A stretch of DNA of 51,838 nt from a bacterium (GCA_029557815.1 JAKQHX010000024.1:1-51838), one strand, 5' to 3'; numbered from the stretch's first letter, positions 1-10,000 are shown. The notes: a model not told the origin generated them from the letters alone. Numbers and translations: made by a program.

Positions 1-336
1 TTCAAGGGTGCAGAGATTCATATGCTCATGGGTGACGATATGCTGGTTCATTTTGCTGACTGGCCACATGTCGAAGAGTTGGTCAATACACTCTATTTTG
101 TGATCGGCATTCGCCACTTCACTCGAAAGGAAGTGGTCGAACGCATTAAAGTACTGCGAAAAACTCGCGGCATGGAAGTACGATATAGATTGTTTCAGGC
201 CAAAATTCCTGAGTTTGCATCCAGCAAAATTCGACTGGCGATTAAGCAGGGCAAGGAGCCCGATGGGGTGCCATCCGCAGTGTGGCGCTACATTCGGGAA
301 CACGGCCTTTACGCTTCTTCGAAGCTTGGCTCGTAG
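1..336 (+). CDS. nadD: nicotinate-nucleotide adenylyltransferase, C-terminal fragment (5' end outside window)
   Basis: Frame 1 is open from base 1 (FKGAEIHMLMGDD...) to the stop at 334-336. The C-terminal pattern SSKIR..I.....VP..V..YI...GLY is typical of NadD-type cytidylyltransferase-fold enzymes. Confidence 0.6.
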   Translation, partial: FKGAEIHMLMGDDMLVHFADWPHVEELVNTLYFVIGIRHFTRKEVVERIKVLRKTRGMEVRYRLFQAKIPEFASSKIRLAIKQGKEPDGVPSAVWRYIREHGLYASSKLGS

Positions 337-2003
337 TGCGTCTGTAGATAGGCCAGGTGTTTTGCACGGTACTGCTTGAATTCAGCCTTCCTAAAGCCAT
401 TCTTGCGAATAAAAGCGCTCAAACGTTCGTTGCCGACGAAGTGCGGCATCATGACGTAGCTGGCGCCTTCATTGTAAAGCTCCGAAGCATTGGCGGCGTT
501 ATCCGAAGTGCAAACAAAGACGGCCCGCGGATTGTGCTGCTTCAGCCAGTTGGCTAGGAACTCGTTCGTCTTGAAGTCCGATATCGTCGAAACAATCAGA
601 TGAGATTTTTCGAGCTGTAGTTCTTCTAAGAACTCGGAGTCTGTCGCATCGCCGTACAGAAATTCCTCGTCATGTCTCTCTAGTGTTTCTATCATGTCGG
701 GGTCATAGTCGACGATAACGAACCGCTTGCCCATGTTCCGGAATGTCTTAATGAATTCATGGCTGTTGCGGCGGTAGCCGAACAATACAATTGGATAGTG
801 AGGAGCGATATGCTTTTTGTCCGGAACGGTCACTTTGCGTTCGAACATCCGAAGTGCATTTTCCAGCCTTCCGAACAATGAGTTATCAAACTTAATGAAA
901 TACGTCGAGATAGCAAAAGTAATAAGTGCCGTGAGTGTCAAGGTATCGGCAACGTGTTGTCTGGCCAGATTGGCGTGGACGGCGGCGACGGCAAAGACTA
1001 GCGAGAACTCACTAATTTGACTGAGTGATACGGCAGCCTTGAAGCTAGTGCGTTTGGTATAACCGAGCAGCCCCATGCTAATAAGTGCAAAAATTGGCTT
1101 GATAAACAACACGAATGAACTAAATATAACTGCCGGCAGGACAATATCCGATAGGCTACCCGGAACTAAGCCCTGTCCGAGCGTGACAAAGAAAATGATG
1201 ATGAAAAAGTCGCGCAGAGGCTTGAGGCGGGATGACATTTCCCGACTGTAAGGTAATTGTGCCAAGCCGATGCCGGCAAATAGGGCACCAATTTCGATGG
1301 AAAGGCCGATTTCTTTGAAGAGCAGCGCCCAACCGAGTCCCCAACCGAGCGCAAAAAGCAGCAGAATCTCTTTTGAGCTGCCGATCGACCTTGCCAAATG
1401 CGGTACGAGACGTTTGCTGGTCAAGTACAATAGTCCTGTTACAACGATGCCCATTGCGAGGAGATGGATAACAGCGTCCGTCGTACCGTCCGTGGTGCGT
1501 GCCGCTAGCCCGAATTTACCGGCCGTGACGAAAACATCCTGGACAATAAGCATACCGATGACAATCTGTGCATACAGGCGCGTCGTTTCGCGTTTATCGT
1601 TGAATAACTTGACGATAATGATCGTACTGCTGAGCGCCAGTGCCAAGCCGATGACGGCTGACTCCATGCGTCCGAAATCCAGTAACCGGGCAATGAAAAA
1701 TCCGAAAGCGGAAGTTGCGGCAATCTGGACGGTTGAAGTGATAAAAATCGTCTTGCGAAGCCGCAAGAATACACGCGGACTTAGTTCGAGGCCAATGATA
1801 AAGATGAGTAGCGCGATACCGATTTCACTCATACCATTCATGGCGTCGGCGCCTGAGATGATATTGAAGGCAGCCGGCCCGGCTAGAATACCGGTTAGGA
1901 TATAGCCGATGATGAGCGGTTGGCGCAATCTGTGCATGACGAAGGAAATTGCTGCGCCGAGCGCAATAACGAGGCTAAGTTCTGAATATATGTCGCCATG
2001 CAT
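309..2003 (-). CDS. cation:proton antiporter (CPA2/Kef-type) with C-terminal RCK/TrkA-N domain
   Basis: 564 aa. The N-terminus LSLVIALGAAISFVMHRLRQPLIIGYILTGILAGP plus about 12 hydrophobic helices is typical of CPA2. The C-terminal Rossmann-like IVLFGYRRNSHEFIKTF..FVIVDYD..GDATD matches an RCK domain. Confidence 0.85.
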   Translation of the reverse strand: MHGDIYSELSLVIALGAAISFVMHRLRQPLIIGYILTGILAGPAAFNIISGADAMNGMSEIGIALLIFIIGLELSPRVFLRLRKTIFITSTVQIAATSAFGFFIARLLDFGRMESAVIGLALALSSTIIIVKLFNDKRETTRLYAQIVIGMLIVQDVFVTAGKFGLAARTTDGTTDAVIHLLAMGIVVTGLLYLTSKRLVPHLARSIGSSKEILLLFALGWGLGWALLFKEIGLSIEIGALFAGIGLAQLPYSREMSSRLKPLRDFFIIIFFVTLGQGLVPGSLSDIVLPAVIFSSFVLFIKPIFALISMGLLGYTKRTSFKAAVSLSQISEFSLVFAVAAVHANLARQHVADTLTLTALITFAISTYFIKFDNSLFGRLENALRMFERKVTVPDKKHIAPHYPIVLFGYRRNSHEFIKTFRNMGKRFVIVDYDPDMIETLERHDEEFLYGDATDSEFLEELQLEKSHLIVSTISDFKTNEFLANWLKQHNPRAVFVCTSDNAANASELYNEGASYVMMPHFVGNERLSAFIRKNGFRKAEFKQYRAKHLAYLQTHYEPSFEEA

Positions 2004-2079
2004 AGGTGTAGATCAGTGCTTTCTTTGTTTCCGTATAATCTGAAATTATTTTATAACATCACAAAGCATAAGAACAGTG

Positions 2080-2108
2080 TTGACGAATAGAGGATGTCGT
2101 GCGATAAT
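2080..2108 (+). promoter_or_regulatory. sigma70-like promoter (TTGACG-17 nt-GATAAT)
   Basis: TTGACG at 2080-2085, a 17-nt spacer, GATAAT at 2103-2108. The predicted TSS is near 2115, about 290 nt upstream of the ATPase ATG. Confidence 0.5.
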
Positions 2109-2114
2109 GCGCTT

Positions 2115-2360
2115 ACTTCTAAGTGGCCGCGTAGGCTATCGAAGACAAAAATTTATCAAAAATAACAAAAAGAGACGGGTGTGGTGAGGAGTAGTCAGAA
2201 GGTGTGTAGCCAGGCTTTGCCTGTAAAAATAAAAACTATAACTTCACGGAGCACAAAGGTGGAAGTAAAAGTACGACGGCCCAAGTGGCAGCAGTTCATC
2301 ACGTACTAACTGACGTGACGACACGACTAAAACCAGCGTTTTGCTGGTTTTAGTGTTTTT
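2115..2360 (+). promoter_or_regulatory. candidate structured 5' leader / riboswitch-like attenuator of the P-type ATPase gene
   Basis: About 245 nt non-coding between the promoter and an intrinsic terminator. Candidate closing helix GUGGUGA (2181-2187) pairs with UCAUCAC (2296-2302). A GGAGUAG motif follows at 2188-2194. An alternative hairpin UCACGU/ACGUGA overlaps the 3' arm. Confidence 0.4.
2327..2360 (+). terminator. intrinsic terminator inside the ATPase leader
   Basis: 11-bp stem CTAAAACCAGC/GCTGGTTTTAG, loop GTTTT, followed by TGTTTTT. There is no upstream plus-strand gene for it to terminate. Confidence 0.7.
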
Positions 2361-2404
2361 GGGACAAGCGTTGCCGGATGTTACTATAGAAGTAGTACTT
2401 AGTC

Positions 2405-4933
2405 ATGCAACACGAGAAAGAAAAACAAACATACAACCTGGAAATCAATGAAGCCTTGGAGTCATTCGGCTCGACTCGCAACGGGCTGAGTGCTGTCGAC
2501 GCACGCCAGCGGCTCGCCGAATATGGTCGCAATGAACTGACCGCTCGCAGGACTCCGTTGTGGCGGCGGATTATTGAACCGTTTGCCAGCTATTTCGTCT
2601 TGGTGATTATCGCTGCAGCCGTCATAAGCGCCTTTGAGCGGAAGTGGTTCGAGACGATTATTATCAGTGTGATTGTGGTGGTGAACGCCATCATATACTA
2701 TTTCCAGCAGTTTTCGGTTAGCCGTGTTCTCAAAACGCTCCGCGAACAGGACAAGCAGTTCGTCTTGACGCTCCGCGACGGTGAAGAAGAAAAAATAAAC
2801 AGCGAGTTGCTGGTGCCGGGTGACGTTATCTATATTTCGGAGGGCATGAAGATTCCGGCTGACGGCCGGTTAATCGAGGCAAACAACGTACAGGCTGATG
2901 AGTCGCTGCTGACGGGCGAATCGTTGCCGATTCACAAGCATGCCGGTGCTGTTGCCGGTACCAAACAGATTTATGACCAGGCAAATATGCTGTTCAAGGG
3001 ATCATATCTGAGTAGCGGCTCAGGTATGCTGCTCATTTGCGGCACAGGGAATGCCACCGAACTTGGGGCGATCAATACGCTTGCCGCTGAGGCCGATGAT
3101 GGTAAGACACCAATTGAGATTAAAATTGACGACCTGACCAAGAAGCTGCTCATTGGCATCATGGCGGTGACCATCGTTGTGTTCGGTCTGGCTATTTATC
3201 GGGGCATTCACCTCGAAGAGGCGATTGCCTACACGCTTAGCATTCTGGTTTCCGCTGTTCCCGAAGGTCTGCCCGTCGCGATGACGCTGGTGTTGCTCTT
3301 TAGCGCGCGGCGCATGGCTAAACAAAAGGCGCTCGTGAAGCATATCGCTGCGATGGAGACCATGGGAGCGATTACGCTGATAGCAACTGACAAAACCGGC
3401 ACTATCACCCAGAATAAGCTTGCGGTAGCTGACATGTATACTGCCCATAATGACAAAAAGACGTTCCATGAAGCAGTACGGGCCAGCCTAAACGGCGATG
3501 TCGATAACACCGAAGACCCTCTAGACAAAATATTGCATGTCGAAGTTGAACATACACGTATACCTCGTGACTGGAAGAAAGTAAAGGAATTCCCCTTCGA
3601 CCAGCGACTAAGGTTGAGCGGTGTATTATGGCAGCATCCGAAAGGCTACTCGCTATACGTTAAGGGTGCGCCGGAGCAGATTTTGCATCACTGCCGACCT
3701 ACTAAAGCATTGGCCGAAGCCAAGACGCAGCTCGCGGCATTCACCAGCCATGGATACCGGACGATTGGTTTTGCCCAAAAGGACAGCAAGAGCATGCCAG
3801 AAGCGCTTGACCATGGTGTACTGTCGAATATGTCGTTCGATGGGTTCATCGGTCTGAGCGACCAGCTGAGAGCCGGTGTCAGTAATGCTATAAAACAAGC
3901 GCAACAAGCCGGTATAAAAGTTGTTATGCTGACCGGCGATCACGTAGAAACAGCTGGACATATCGCTCGAAAGGTCGGTATTGCCAATGGTCACGGTGGT
4001 ATTACTGACAGCAGTGTGCTTGCCAGCGGCTCGCCTGAGGAAATTCGTAAAGCACTTGAGACAAACACAGTATTTGGTCGTGTGCTACCAGAACATAAAT
4101 ACGCGTTACTCAAGGCAATCAAGAAGCATGAGATTACCGCCATGACCGGAGACGGTGTAAATGACATACCTGCACTCGTTGAAGCGGACGCCGGCCTAGC
4201 TATGGGTGCCGGTACGGATGCAGCCAAGGATGCGAGCGACATTGTGCTTATCAACAGTAATTTTCAGACTATCATGAATGCCGTTCGTGTCGGCCGGACC
4301 GTCCTGGCTAATATCCGCAAAATGGTTGTTTATCTCGTCGGTACCAATAGCGGCGAGATACTTATCATGCTCCTTGCATTGTTATTCAATATGCCGCTGC
4401 CACTTACGGCGGTGATGATTTTGTGGGTCAATCTGGTAACGGATGGCGTATCGGTTATACCGCTCGGTCTGAGTCCGGCCGAAGAGCACCATATGAAGCA
4501 GCCACCCAAGGATCCGCGTGCTCCGCTGCTGGAAGGCTACATGCTGAATCGCTCCATCCTGCTGGCTATCATTATGGCGACGATGGTGCTATTTATCTTT
4601 AGCTTTACGCTGCACCACGGTGAAGCGTATGCCCGCACGGCGGCATTCCTCAGCCTGATTGTTATCCAGTGGGCAAATGCGTTCAATATGAACTTTGAAT
4701 TCAAGTCATGGGTATATAACTTCGTGCATCCAAATTACAAACTGGTTGTTGCTATCAGTGCATCAATTCTTGTAAATATTATTGTATTTATGACGCCTAT
4801 AAAAGAGTATTTCAATCTGGTTTCACTTCTCCCATACGATGCGCTCATAGCCATAGTATTGCCGGTACTTGCGACGCTCCTTCTGTGTGACATGCACAAA
4901 CTAATTTCCAACTTGTTAATCAAGCACCGCTAG
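2405..4933 (+). CDS. P-type cation-transporting ATPase (type II, Ca2+/Mg2+/Mn2+-like)
   Basis: 842 aa carrying TGES (LTGESLP), PEGLP, DKTGTITQNKL (phosphorylation site), TGDHVETA and TGDGVNDIPAL. The N-terminus is of Cation_ATPase_N type (GLSAVDARQRLAEYGRNEL). Confidence 0.9.
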   Translation: MQHEKEKQTYNLEINEALESFGSTRNGLSAVDARQRLAEYGRNELTARRTPLWRRIIEPFASYFVLVIIAAAVISAFERKWFETIIISVIVVVNAIIYYFQQFSVSRVLKTLREQDKQFVLTLRDGEEEKINSELLVPGDVIYISEGMKIPADGRLIEANNVQADESLLTGESLPIHKHAGAVAGTKQIYDQANMLFKGSYLSSGSGMLLICGTGNATELGAINTLAAEADDGKTPIEIKIDDLTKKLLIGIMAVTIVVFGLAIYRGIHLEEAIAYTLSILVSAVPEGLPVAMTLVLLFSARRMAKQKALVKHIAAMETMGAITLIATDKTGTITQNKLAVADMYTAHNDKKTFHEAVRASLNGDVDNTEDPLDKILHVEVEHTRIPRDWKKVKEFPFDQRLRLSGVLWQHPKGYSLYVKGAPEQILHHCRPTKALAEAKTQLAAFTSHGYRTIGFAQKDSKSMPEALDHGVLSNMSFDGFIGLSDQLRAGVSNAIKQAQQAGIKVVMLTGDHVETAGHIARKVGIANGHGGITDSSVLASGSPEEIRKALETNTVFGRVLPEHKYALLKAIKKHEITAMTGDGVNDIPALVEADAGLAMGAGTDAAKDASDIVLINSNFQTIMNAVRVGRTVLANIRKMVVYLVGTNSGEILIMLLALLFNMPLPLTAVMILWVNLVTDGVSVIPLGLSPAEEHHMKQPPKDPRAPLLEGYMLNRSILLAIIMATMVLFIFSFTLHHGEAYARTAAFLSLIVIQWANAFNMNFEFKSWVYNFVHPNYKLVVAISASILVNIIVFMTPIKEYFNLVSLLPYDALIAIVLPVLATLLLCDMHKLISNLLIKHR

Positions 4934-4937
4934 AGCA

Positions 4938-6293
4938 TCAGGAGCGCTGGTGCTTTATGCCGAGATGCAACCCGAGCAGTAGCCAAAAAACGGTAATGAT
5001 ACTTGAGCCTACGAGCACGGTGGTTAGGCCGAACTCATGTATAACAATCACGGCGGAAGCCGTCACAATACCTCCGCCCATGAACGGCTCGAATACTAGT
5101 TGCTTATAGGCAAAGCTTTCGCGTGCTTTGGACTTGTTGGATGGATCGGCCAAACGCTGCAGGAGCAAGCCAGTGGCGGTCATACCCATAGACTGCCCCA
5201 TATTTGTCAAACCTTTTTCGAACCAATGAGAACGGAACATGGCAGGCGCGAGCACTACAAAGCCGAAAACAATCCATGCGATACCAGCGACACTAAGAAT
5301 AATTATGATCGGTAGTTTGTCGCTCAGAACGCTGAGCGAAATAGTAGCGACCGCGCTCGCGATGAGAATGTCCAAAGCAATAGCATTGATGATTTCTGCG
5401 GTACGTCGTTGGATGAGTGTCTGTTTGCCGGCTTTTCTAAGGAGCATTTGGAGGATAATCCCTCCAATCATAGCGAGTGGGAACATCGGCAGGTATTTAA
5501 AGAAGCGGATGTCGGTAAGACCTCCGAGAATAAATTCTTCACCGATGATGAGCCCCTGCCAAAGGAGCCAGCCTATACCAATGGATAGCGCAAAGGCAAC
5601 GAGGTTTATAATGATTGCTTTCGGGTTAGTACTGAGCTTCTCACCAAGACGGAGCAGATTATAGCCGCTGCGGATCATTTGCTTTTCGCGTCGTGCGAGC
5701 TCCGCTTGGCGAGCCTTGTGATTTGATGCGTGTCGATTGTGCCAGTTTACAAAAAACACCCCGATAAGTATGGCGCTGATGAGGCTGATTGTTGCGAGCG
5801 TCAGGGCGATGTCAGTGCCCTCTTGCCAGCCTAACTGCTCAAAGGTCGGAGACAAGCCGGCAGCTGTACCGTGACCACCTTCGAAGCTGACCTCTATGAG
5901 TGCCCCAGTCAGTGGGCTGGCGTTGAAAACGGGTACGAGCAGAAACATCGTTAACAGGGCACCAATGACATATTGGCCCCATGCCAATACATTCCCAAAG
6001 GCGATCATAGGACCGGCCATTCTCCAAATCTTTTGGCGGTCGGGGATAACCCTTCCAAGAAACAAGCCGGCAAATACGATGTTTATGAGGTACTTGGGAA
6101 GCTTGGCCCATTCCGTAGTTATTTGCAGCGGTATGGTTTCCAGGACTTGCGGCCCCAGGATAAGCCCAATTACGCCAGCTACCAAAGAGCTTGGTATGAA
6201 AAATTTTTGCAATATTCCGGAGCCGCGTTTGATAAAACGAGCAATCACCAGGATGATGGCAAGTACTACGAGGCTTTCTTGAACTGGTGTCAT
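4938..6293 (-). CDS. sodium:glutamate symporter family (GltS-like) transporter
   Basis: 451 aa, polytopic. LQKFFIPSSLVAGVIGL at the N-terminus and the SFEGGHGTAAG motif resemble E. coli GltS (KKYTIPEPVAGGL, SGGHGTGAAW). Confidence 0.6.
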   Translation of the reverse strand: MTPVQESLVVLAIILVIARFIKRGSGILQKFFIPSSLVAGVIGLILGPQVLETIPLQITTEWAKLPKYLINIVFAGLFLGRVIPDRQKIWRMAGPMIAFGNVLAWGQYVIGALLTMFLLVPVFNASPLTGALIEVSFEGGHGTAAGLSPTFEQLGWQEGTDIALTLATISLISAILIGVFFVNWHNRHASNHKARQAELARREKQMIRSGYNLLRLGEKLSTNPKAIIINLVAFALSIGIGWLLWQGLIIGEEFILGGLTDIRFFKYLPMFPLAMIGGIILQMLLRKAGKQTLIQRRTAEIINAIALDILIASAVATISLSVLSDKLPIIIILSVAGIAWIVFGFVVLAPAMFRSHWFEKGLTNMGQSMGMTATGLLLQRLADPSNKSKARESFAYKQLVFEPFMGGGIVTASAVIVIHEFGLTTVLVGSSIITVFWLLLGLHLGIKHQRS

Positions 6294-6341
6294 GTTACTC
6301 CGACTTCACGGGGCAGTTGGCATCGGCCCACCCGCTATGTT

Positions 6342-6986
6342 TTATTGGTTTTGCTTTTGCTTGATGGCGTCGTCCAGTAGTTTGGTAAATGCATCCAGGC
6401 TGGCCGGATTATCGATTTTCTGGCCATTCAACTCAAACGTAGGTGTGGACTGGTAGCCGAGCCGTCTCGCTTCGGCACGATCAGCTTGCACGATATCGTT
6501 GGTCTGCTCGCTCTTTATGTCGGTGCGAAACTTGTCCATATCAAGCCCAAGTTTTTCGGCATAGCCTTCGAAAATCGGGGTAGGATTGGTGCTATCACTC
6601 CACGATGTTTGATTTTCGAACAGCATGTCGTGCATTTCCCAGAACTTACCTTGCATAGCAGCGGCTTCGGCGGCGCGAGCACTGACAAGAGCGTTCTGGT
6701 GGATTTCGACAAGTGGATAGTGGCGGAACTGGAAGGTAACTTTACCTTTGTATTTTTGCTTGAGTTCTTTGAGCAATGGGTGGTACTGCCCGCATGACGG
6801 ACACTGGAAATCACCATATTCTATCAAGACAACGCCGGACGAACCCTCAAGCTTGTGCTGGGTCAGTTCCGCTGTTTCTTTGCCGCCATTTTCGGTAGGG
6901 GTATTCGTTTCGCGCTTATTGAATACCAAAAGACCACCAAAGACGATGACGATTGCGGCCAAGATAAATAAAAATCGTTTGCTCAT
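6342..6986 (-). CDS. DsbA-family thiol:disulfide oxidoreductase, membrane-anchored
   Basis: CPSC active site in YGDFQCPSCGQYHP and an N-terminal TM anchor. Start trimmed to ATG 6986, which is preceded by AGGAGG with a 9-nt spacing. The ORF-track start at 7025 lacks an RBS. Confidence 0.85.
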   Translation of the reverse strand: MSKRFLFILAAIVIVFGGLLVFNKRETNTPTENGGKETAELTQHKLEGSSGVVLIEYGDFQCPSCGQYHPLLKELKQKYKGKVTFQFRHYPLVEIHQNALVSARAAEAAAMQGKFWEMHDMLFENQTSWSDSTNPTPIFEGYAEKLGLDMDKFRTDIKSEQTNDIVQADRAEARRLGYQSTPTFELNGQKIDNPASLDAFTKLLDDAIKQKQNQ

Positions 6987-7048
6987 CTGGACTATTTTCC
7001 TCCTAAAATATGTACAACTAATCATACCATGCTGGTACTATTAAAATC

Positions 7049-8101
7049 ATGAATACGTTTACGGTTATTTTGTTTACGGCGCTCGCGCTCATGTCAGTCG
7101 GGCTTTTGAAATCTTACCGCAATGTATCGGAGCGCGAGTTGCGGCGGCGGGCCCGGGAAGGCGACGAACTCGCTGCTGTACTGTACAAGGCGGTCGCATA
7201 TGGGTCGAGCTTGGGCGCGGTGTTGTGGTTTTTGGTGGCCGCCACGAACGCTATGTTTTTTGTGTCTATCGCTCGTTCAGCGCCGGCGTGGTTTGCCGTT
7301 GCGGCAAGTGCGGCGCTCATATGGTTTGCCTTCGTTTGGATGCCCGCCCGCGACGTGACCCGTTTCAGTACCTGGGTTGCCGTCAAGCTAGCACCGGTTC
7401 TGGCCTGGATCCTTAATTATCTCCACCCTATATTCAGCCGCATCGCAAGGTTTGTTGGCCAACACCGCCCGGTTACCATCCATACAGGTATTTTTGATCG
7501 CGAAGACCTGGTTGACCTTATCCAGGATCAAAAGGTCCAGCCATACAACCGCATAGACAAAGTCAGCCTGGATATTGCACTGCATGCGTTGACCTTTGGT
7601 AGTGTGCTCGTGCGTGATGTCATGGTTCCGCGTCGCGCGGTTAAGATGGTCAAGTCAGACGAAACGGTCGGTCCGGTGCTGATGAGCGAACTGCACAAAA
7701 GCGGTTTTTCGCGTTTCCCTGTTTTTTCCGGCAAGAAAGACAATCTCGTCGGCACGCTTTATATGAAGGATCTCGTGAAAGCCAAGGCTGGTGGCAAGAT
7801 CGAAAAGATCATGCGTGATGATTTGGCGTATATCCATGAAGAGGAGCCATTAACTGATGCACTGCAGGCCATCCTCAAGACGCACCGCCAGCAGTATGTC
7901 GTAGTGAACAGTTTCGAGGAATACGTCGGTATTATTACCATGGAGGATGTGCTGGAGCAGATCGTCGGTAAACCAATTCTGGATGAGTTCGATCAGTACG
8001 ACGATATGCGAGCCGTAGCAGCCCGTGCGGCACAGAAGGAGCATGCTGAGCACCTAGGGAAAGAAAAGCCTACCGAAGAATCTCCAGAGGTGGTAAAATA
8101 G
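7049..8101 (+). CDS. CNNM/DUF21 transmembrane domain plus CBS-pair protein (HlyC/CorC-family transporter-like)
   Basis: 350 aa. Four N-terminal TM helices are followed by a CBS-pair region (DVMVPRRAVKMV...FPVFSGKKDNLVGTLYMKDL...ITMEDVLEQIVG). No CorC_HlyC C-terminal domain is visible. Confidence 0.8.
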   Translation: MNTFTVILFTALALMSVGLLKSYRNVSERELRRRAREGDELAAVLYKAVAYGSSLGAVLWFLVAATNAMFFVSIARSAPAWFAVAASAALIWFAFVWMPARDVTRFSTWVAVKLAPVLAWILNYLHPIFSRIARFVGQHRPVTIHTGIFDREDLVDLIQDQKVQPYNRIDKVSLDIALHALTFGSVLVRDVMVPRRAVKMVKSDETVGPVLMSELHKSGFSRFPVFSGKKDNLVGTLYMKDLVKAKAGGKIEKIMRDDLAYIHEEEPLTDALQAILKTHRQQYVVVNSFEEYVGIITMEDVLEQIVGKPILDEFDQYDDMRAVAARAAQKEHAEHLGKEKPTEESPEVVK

Positions 8102-8227
8102 ACCAAATGATTGTATTACGAGCAAATCTCAATATGAATCCCGGGGCTGGCGTATAGCAACGCTTGTATGCATGTACGCCCACAGCCCACCCCAAGCAAG
8201 TGCTCACCTAAATAACTCGGGAAAATT

Positions 8228-10000
8228 ATGACAATACGCACACTCAGCATCGACACCAAAAACAAAATCTCAGAAGAGATAATCATGAAAGGATGGGTGA
8301 ACTCTCGGCGCGACCACGGCGGGCTTATCTTTATTGACGTGCGCGACCATACGGGCGTCACGCAGTTGGTATTCCAGCCGGAGCATCCAGAAGCTTTTGC
8401 GGTTGCCGAGCAGCTACGGGACGAGTATGTGATTTCGGCCACCGGCACGGTCAAAGAACGCGCGGAGGGGCTAAAAAACCCAAACATTGAGAGCGGCGCT
8501 ATCGAGGTTGTCGTCAGCGACCTAACTATCCTCAACCGTTCGGAGCCATTGCCGGTTCAGTTACACGGCGAAGCGCAGAGCAGCGAAGATGTACGGCTTC
8601 GCTATCGTTACCTCGACTTGCGTCGGCCAAAAATGCAAACCATGCTGAAAAAACGTGCACAGTACTACAAAATGATGCGTGATTTCATGGAATCGCATGC
8701 ATTTACTGAAGTCACGACACCGATTTTGGCAAACTCCAGTCCCGAAGGGGCGCGTGACTTTTTGGTGCCATCACGGGTACACCCTGGGAAATTCTATGCC
8801 TTGCCGCAGGCGCCGCAACAGTTCAAGCAGCTTCTTATGGTTGGCGGTGTGTCGCGGTACTACCAGCTAGCAACCTGTTTTCGTGATGAAGATCCGCGCG
8901 CTGACCGGCTGTACGGTGACTTTTACCAGCTCGACCTTGAGATGGCCTTTGTTGAGGACGGCGAAGAGGTGCGAGTTACGACAGAGCCGTTGATCAAGCA
9001 GCTGGTGACTGAGTTTGGTAAAAAGAAGTTACTGGCCGAAGAAATCCCACGTATCCCATACCAAGAAGCAATGGACCGCTATGGTTCCGACAAACCGGAT
9101 TTACGTTTCGGTATGGAACTGGTGGATCTTTCCGATGCATTGCGTGCGACAGAATTCGGTGTTTTCAAAAGTACGCTGCAAGCGGGCGGTGTCGTGAAAG
9201 CCATCCGGGTAGAAAATGCCGCAGCTATGAGCCGGTCGCAAATCGATCAGTTTACTGAGATCGCCAAAAGCGAGGGTGCAGGCGGTTTGGCATACCTGAC
9301 ATACGAAAACGGAGAGGTAAAGTCGCCGATAACAAAGTTCCTGTCCGAGGCAGAACTCACTGCAATCCGCTCCAAGACCGGTGCCAAAGATGGCGATGTC
9401 GTATTCTTCGGTGCTGACACGCGGACAACTGCAAACAAGGTGCTCGGTCGGCTCAGGAACGAATTTGCCGACCATTTTGGGCTCAAGGATCCAAACGTCG
9501 TGGCATTGGCCTGGATTGTCGATTTTCCGTTCTATGAGTGGGATGACAAAGCGAACAAGCTTGATTTTGGTCACAACCCATTTTCTATGCCCAAAGGCGG
9601 CATCGGGGCACTAAAGTCAGAAGACAAACAAGCCATTCTGGCTGATCAGTTCGACATGGTCATGAATGGCTACGAAGTCTGCTCTGGTGCGGTACGAAAC
9701 CACAACCCGGATGTTATGTACGAGGTATTCGGTGCCCTTGGCTATGATAGGACATACGTCGACGCCAAGTTCGGCGCTATGATAAATGCCTTCAAATATG
9801 GCGCGCCGCCGCATGCCGGCTGTGCGTTCGGTATCGATCGTATATTTATGGTGCTCATGGGCGAAGAAAACATCCGTGAGATTATCGCTTTCCCGAAGAA
9901 CGGCTCTGGGGTAGACGTTATGATGGACTCGCCTTCAGAAGTTGACCCTATCCAGCTGAAAGAGCTGGGGATAGCGTCGCCGACAGTCTCTCATACATAA
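8228..10000 (+). CDS. aspS: aspartate--tRNA ligase
   Basis: 590 aa. OB-fold N-terminus GWVNSRRDHGGLIFIDVRDHTGVTQLVF, class II motifs (FRDEDPRADR, GGVSRYYQLATCFR, GCAFGIDR) and a bacterial-type insertion domain. Confidence 0.95.
   Translation: MTIRTLSIDTKNKISEEIIMKGWVNSRRDHGGLIFIDVRDHTGVTQLVFQPEHPEAFAVAEQLRDEYVISATGTVKERAEGLKNPNIESGAIEVVVSDLTILNRSEPLPVQLHGEAQSSEDVRLRYRYLDLRRPKMQTMLKKRAQYYKMMRDFMESHAFTEVTTPILANSSPEGARDFLVPSRVHPGKFYALPQAPQQFKQLLMVGGVSRYYQLATCFRDEDPRADRLYGDFYQLDLEMAFVEDGEEVRVTTEPLIKQLVTEFGKKKLLAEEIPRIPYQEAMDRYGSDKPDLRFGMELVDLSDALRATEFGVFKSTLQAGGVVKAIRVENAAAMSRSQIDQFTEIAKSEGAGGLAYLTYENGEVKSPITKFLSEAELTAIRSKTGAKDGDVVFFGADTRTTANKVLGRLRNEFADHFGLKDPNVVALAWIVDFPFYEWDDKANKLDFGHNPFSMPKGGIGALKSEDKQAILADQFDMVMNGYEVCSGAVRNHNPDVMYEVFGALGYDRTYVDAKFGAMINAFKYGAPPHAGCAFGIDRIFMVLMGEENIREIIAFPKNGSGVDVMMDSPSEVDPIQLKELGIASPTVSHT

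Noticed and set aside
1270-1905. Long antisense or overlapping ORFs in the track. Examples: 1270-1905 (+), 3020-3469 (-), 14750-15358 (-), 15453-15968 (-), 21099-21692 (-), 22964-23506 (-), 28654-29190 (-), 34670-35122 (-), 40795-41283 (-), 40835-41329 (+), 42144-42713 (-), 45137-45598 (+).
   Set aside because: Each lies inside a longer ORF on the other strand or frame that has clear domain signatures. Their translations are Arg/Ser/Pro/Cys-rich and low-complexity, typical of shadow frames.
2181-2302. Firm assignment of the ATPase leader to the yybP-ykoY (Mn2+) riboswitch class.
   Set aside because: Only the GGAGUAG block and a plausible closing helix are visible. I could not find the other conserved blocks (UUGACA-type and AGAC-type) by eye. 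It is kept as an unclassified riboswitch-like leader pending cmscan.
8102-8227. Possible T-box leader upstream of aspS.
   Set aside because: The spacer is only about 125 nt. No specifier/T-box (AGGGUGGNACCGCG-like) sequence or terminator/antiterminator pair is visible.
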